DNA of 64,000 bases from Diadema antillarum (taxonomy: Eukaryota): assembly GCF_040938485.1 (NCBI RefSeq), contig NW_027271709.1, forward strand, positions 62,001 through 126,000, given 5' to 3'. Below the pieces are notes generated by a model that had not been told where the DNA came from, did no database searches, and saw only the letters and a list, made by a program, of their open reading frames with translations. The position numbers were made by a program, and so were the translations under genes. Shown here one piece after another: positions 54,001 to 60,000 of this stretch (its first letter is position 1; each line of letters begins with the position of its first letter).

Positions 54001-57000
54001 TTTGCATAAATTCCTAACCTATATACATGTATTTATATATATTTTTTCTGCCAGACACTTAATGTAGCATCAAACTTATGTTCAATCGTTGTAGACTGAC
54101 CATAATTTTTCTGCAGCTCCAGCAACGGTGCAAGCATGATCCAGCGTTTTCCTCTGTAACACAGATCTCTGGCAAGTCTTAGAGGCGTGGCATTATAAAA
54201 TCATCTTTGTGAAAAAGTTCTTCTGCTGATGTATTTGAATTTACGTGAGTTACGAAATTGATCTTCTTTCATTGAACTTCAGGATATGAATGGTCAGGAT
54301 ACTGAGGATTCACTATCCAGCTTCTGTAACTCCAATTCTATGTTTCTTTGTTTTTTTGTCGTTCACCCTTTTTGAAGGTGACCTGGCGTTCGTGAGAGCC
54401 CAGAGTGACCATCCCAGCGACCTGGAAGACATTCCAGAGGTCGACGAGGATGACGACAACCACGCCCAGAAACCCGCCCGCGGCAACGAGGAGAGCAGCC
54501 TGGCCTCGCTAAGCGACTTCGGCAGCGAAGCGTCATTTAGCGGTGAGTTGATTACACATGTATATGAATATTCTGCCACCCTAATTGTGTTTCCAGTAGG
54601 ACTTTTATGTGTGAGTATTTAGTGGTACGCCTTGGTTAGAAGTGAAAATTTATTTTAGAAAAAAGACGAAAGGAAATTAAGGTCTATTTTCTGTCATCGG
54701 GTGCTTTGATGGAATTCAAATTCATAAAAATTGTTGTTGTTTTTTAATTGTAAAGTAGTGTTTCTTTTTCAGGTCATGTCATTATGATATAAATTGAAAA
54801 ATAAGACAAACAGTTTGCATTTCTCCCTCCCCCATTAGCATCTTAAGTTTGTAGATGCGATGTACTTTGTAGAAATTTATTGTGGTTTCGTATTGATTTT
54901 CTGTTCGACGTTAAACTCCTATTAAATGCATTCAGTATTCTGGGTATCCTTCCCCCATTTTATGGCAAATCCAGTCCCCTGCCCGCGGAAGCTGTCCCTA
55001 GACCGGCAGCTGAAGCATAGCGTCATCATGTCATGGGTGGCACCGGACACCATCGCGCCGCCGGACGTGCTGGAGTTCCGCGTCTACGTGGACGGCCAGT
55101 ACCGCACGGCCACCAAGCAGGGGGCCAAGACGCGCGCCCTCGTGGAGAACGTGGAACCGAGCACGACACACCGGATCTCCGTCCGCACCGTCACAGCCCG
55201 GGGGATGTCCGAGGACGCTGCCTGCATGCTGGTCATAGGCAGGGGTGAGGAATGTTGCCAATTTAGAGCTTGCCAAGTCTCCCTGATTCTACCAGGCGGG
55301 TTCCTGAAAAATTTAACTCTCTCTTCATGTCCAGATGAGAAAATAAAAAAATCTCCCTGAATTGGGGCTTGTTTTTTTTTTTCCCATTTCCCACTGAGGT
55401 ACGTGTGACCTGCAAGTTTCTCCCTAATTCCTCTTTAGAATCTCCCTGATTTTGATGGGTGAATGTTGGCAGCACTTCAGAGGCTATGCTGGCTTGTCTG
55501 TCTATCCTGCTTGTCCGTCCATTAAAGGCTAATGAAACCCAAATATATGTGGATTGAGGGAATGTAGCAAATTAGTGGAACACATCAATGAAAGTTTGAG
55601 GAAAATCGGACAATCCAGTCGTAAGTTATGAATTTTTAGAGTTTTGGTGCAGCAATCACTGGCTGAAAAGACTACAGCTTATTGTGACATCACGTATGGA
55701 TAACGATATAAAGAAAATAATATAGAAAATTTTTAAAAATGTCATATCTTTAATTCACAAAAAGTACACTTTTCTTCAACTTGCTACTGATGTATAGTAA
55801 GGGTAATATTTTTCCTTCTTTCCGAAAGAAGAGGAGGTAGAGAAGGAAGAACAGAAAGAAAAAGAGGGGAGAGGAGGGGAAGAAGAGGAAGAAAAAACTG
55901 TATAGGAAGTTAGGATGCTGAGGAAAGATAGAAGGAATGAATATGAACAAAAGAAGATTCCTTCTCTTTACCAGTACTGCTCATTTGTGTCTCCTCTTTC
56001 TTTCTTTGTTGTAGATTTTAAGTTTACAGTTAGTTTATAACTGGCATAATGTGTGTATTCAGAAATGGTGATGCTGTTAACAACAGATGTCATATAAAAC
56101 TGCCCCTCCCCTCCCTCAGATATCTTTGAGGCTTGAAATACAGTATAAGGGAGGCATAGGCCTAGTGTGTACGTGTGTTTCCCAATTTAACCCGTTCCTT
56201 ACGGGAACCTGGTGGGAGCAACTGATATACACGTGTGTATGGGAACCTTGTATACCAGGTTCCCAAGATGAAGACAAGAGTGCCTGCTTTCATGGCCTAA
56301 ATTCAAGTTTCTTTGTGTTAAAATGCCCAGAAAAATGAGTTTGATAAAAAAGGTCAGAGTTTGTTCTGTCAGCATTTGTTCTCTTTTTGTTGGAAAATGC
56401 GTATATCACAGTATTATTTGCCTTTTTTTTTTCTGATTTAGTTTGCGCTTGTTCTGCTATAAAACCTGTATGACCATGTACATAGCCATCAAAGCTGAGC
56501 TCAGTGGATTTCTGTGTTCACTGACCCCAGTCATCCCATCTAGGTTCCTGGTTTTGTGTAGAACAAAAGAGTCTGTGAGCCCATCAGCGACGCTTTATTC
56601 ATACCTGGCACCTGATCGATATTTTCATTGTTCGATAGCACATGTACAATGTAGTTGACTGTGGAAAGGGGAAACATGCACCGCTTGACTGCTCTCCCAC
56701 AGGTGGATTACCAACCTGTCTGTTCTCTGTTATTTAAGGGGTAAAAAGAATCTCGTTTGGGGGCATTAAAGGCACTCAGATAATTGCGGAAAGAACAGGT
56801 TAAATGGATTGTTTTTACCACACATACATATACCATTGTTGTACCACTGGGTCTCTATCCTACATGCAAGATTTCATTACCCTTTACCATCGCCTCCACT
56901 CTTCTTTTTTTCTGCCCCGCCCCTCCCCAGACGCCTCAGTGGCTCCCACCAATCTGAAGGCTTCCAACGTCGGCCCGAGTTCGGCCAACATCAGCTGGCT

Positions 57001-60000
57001 TCCAGGCAACAGCAATCTTCCACACGTCATCTCCGTCAACGGCGAGGAGGTGCGAACGGTCAAGCCCAGCATCTACAAGCACACGCTGTCAGGTACAGTA
57101 GGATGACCGCCCTACCCTATCCCAGTAGTGACCGTTGCCTTCATGTCAGCAGTAGTAAACCTTGACACCCAGGCTGCAAGATTAACCCCAACATTGCTTT
57201 GTTTGCTGTTTGGCATGTCTGCTGATGTGATTTTTGTCTCCAGTGGGGACAGATGTCATAAAGACAGCTGTCAATTCACAAAGAATAATGTCTTATCCCT
57301 AGTATTGGTAATCTGTGTCATATCACAGGATAGGATTGTGGCCTGTTTCCACCAGAGAGAGAGAGAGTTTCACATACTTAACACATTACATTTCCAGGGA
57401 ATGTATTAAATGCCTGTATGACAGTTATGCAGCCTGTGGCCCGTAAATGTGCATACAGAGTGTAAAGATATCCATGTTTTATGCCTGCTGTATAAGAACT
57501 CTATAATTTTATGCATTTAATTTTTCTGTACTAGGAATCATGACACTACTGTAGTTCCCAACAGCCTGATGGGTGGTGCAGGAAAATATTTTAATTTCTT
57601 TTGTGAGTCAGCTCATAGCAGTTCAGTTTTCTGTGAAGCAGCCCACTTGTTGTTTTATTCTTTTTTATTATTAATTGATCATCATCAGCTCAGTCAGCTA
57701 AGTTCAACAAATAACTGAACTTGAAACAGCAACGTCTTCCAAGCAGTGCCATTATGAATGTAACAAGGCTGTCTACCATTGTGATTACTCCACCTGTGTA
57801 GGTCTACAGCCTCTGTCGGTGTACAGGGTCAATGTGAGAGCCAAGAGTCGCAAGCAGTCCGCCATGGATGGTAGCTCCCCGGCCAGCAAGAATTCAGTGG
57901 AGATCGAGTTCAAGACATTACCGGGAGGTTGGTGAAGAAAAACGTCTGCTACCTTCTGGCAATTAACAAAACTTTTTTTTTTTTCTGCTGATTTATTGTT
58001 CATGTCTGTCTGTCAGTTTGTATGTCATTATTCATGATATTTGAAAGTAAAGTTAGATGCAATCAGACTCTAATAACATTTTTAAATTTTTTTAAATGTC
58101 ATTCAAGACCTTTTTACTTGTTTCTCATACATCTTTAAATTTGTCTGATTTTTTTTTTCTCGAAGTTCAACAGTTTTACTTGCAAGTTGAGCAAAATACT
58201 GATCATTATTTGTAACCCCTGTGTGGGTGAAAATTTGGAGTGCACTTACTTTTTTGTTATCGTTTTATTGCTCATAATTCAATTATTATTGACTTCCCAT
58301 AAATGTTCCATTTACTAAAAGAACACTTTAAGAAGCTTTACCAGCTGATGTTTCAGGATAAAGAGTTTTGAAACTTTAACATTTTTAATGTGAGCAAGAT
58401 ACAATGCTGTTCTTACAATTGTAGTTGCTCATTTTCCCTGAGTCAAGTTCTATCTCTTACATACATGTACAGCGTGAATGTGTGTCCTTTGAGCTTTGCA
58501 CTTTCATGTGAAGGTACTCGCTGTATGAGCTACACTGTAGTCACTAATGCAATACATGTACATACTTCAGTAGCTGATGACTCTCTAATCCTTGCGTCTC
58601 GTTCATGTCTTTTTATTAAATGCAAACCCCCTGATGATCTAACCCCCCTTTTCCTGCGACATGATAATCGTTCTATCCAACTCAAAGTTTATCTCTCTTC
58701 AATATCTCCCTTTCTCTTTGCTCTCTCTCTCTTTCTTTCCCTACTTGCACACTTTTATCGTGTCTTCCTCGTTAACTTTACTCAGACTCTGCACAAGGTT
58801 TGTAGTGGTCTGTATTGGTGTCGCCCAATTGCCTGTAGTTGTCGCACACGTGTTCTATGTTTAAAGCCTGTCCTTTTGTCGTTTGTGCTTCCTACAATGC
58901 ATATCCGTTTAGAAGTTGTGTCATCAAATCTATCTCTCCTTTTTGTATAAATTTGTTGTTGATGTTTCCTTTTCAGATTCCTTTTTTGGTTGATGTTGGA
59001 GGAAATAGTTTCCTTTCCAGACTCCTTTTTGGTTAATGTTGGAAAATATTTTCAAGATTTTGTCCCCCCCCCCTTTCAAATTATCTTACCCATTATTCAT
59101 AATTTTGTATATTCTTGAAAAGAGGTGTACAAGTTGTAGAATGTTGTATTTTCTCTCTACTAGGATTTTATGGTAGTCTTTATTCATCTTCTATGCAGTT
59201 GCTTGTTTAATAGTAACTGGTTTCTAGATTATCCCACAAATGTTGAGATTATCATGATTATTATTATCATCATTTTTACAATGAGCTAGGTGTATCAATG
59301 TTGGACTATGTATTTTTTTTTTCTCTCTCTCTCTTTCTGTAAATGTCCTTTCAATTTTGCAGTCATGTATCTTATTCTGTCACTAATTATTCATGTTTAT
59401 TTTGCTGAATTTCACACATTCAGTTGCATTTTTTTCATTCTAATATTGTTTCTATTCTTGAGATGTGCCACCAAAAAAAAAAAATTAATAATAATAATTT
59501 GTGATTTAAAGGGGATGGCTAGTACCTGATCACTTGGAATCAGTCGAAATGCTGGAGGATGATTGCTCCAATCATTGTGGGATTCATTTAAGAGTACATT
59601 ATATATCCATTGTTGTGTGAAAATTATTTGCTTCAGAATGGTCTCATATTCAAGTAATGTGCAGTTTAATGTCTCCAGGTTAGCATGCCTGGTCAGTGAC
59701 GGGGCATTAATCTGCACATTACTTGAATATGAGACCGTTCTGAAGCAAAAAATGTTCACACAACAGTAGATATATAATGTACTCTTAACCCGTTGAGGAC
59801 GGTTTGAATTTGCTACAACACGCATTTCCCATAGACACTTGCCCGAGTATACTCAGGACTTGTCCGCAACGGGTTAAATGAATCCCACAAGGATTGGAAC
59901 AATCATCCCTCAGCATTCCCACTGATTCCCACTAATCGGTTACTAGCCATCCCCTTTAATGCTGATATCAAGTGAATATAACATAAAGTGCATCAAAGAT

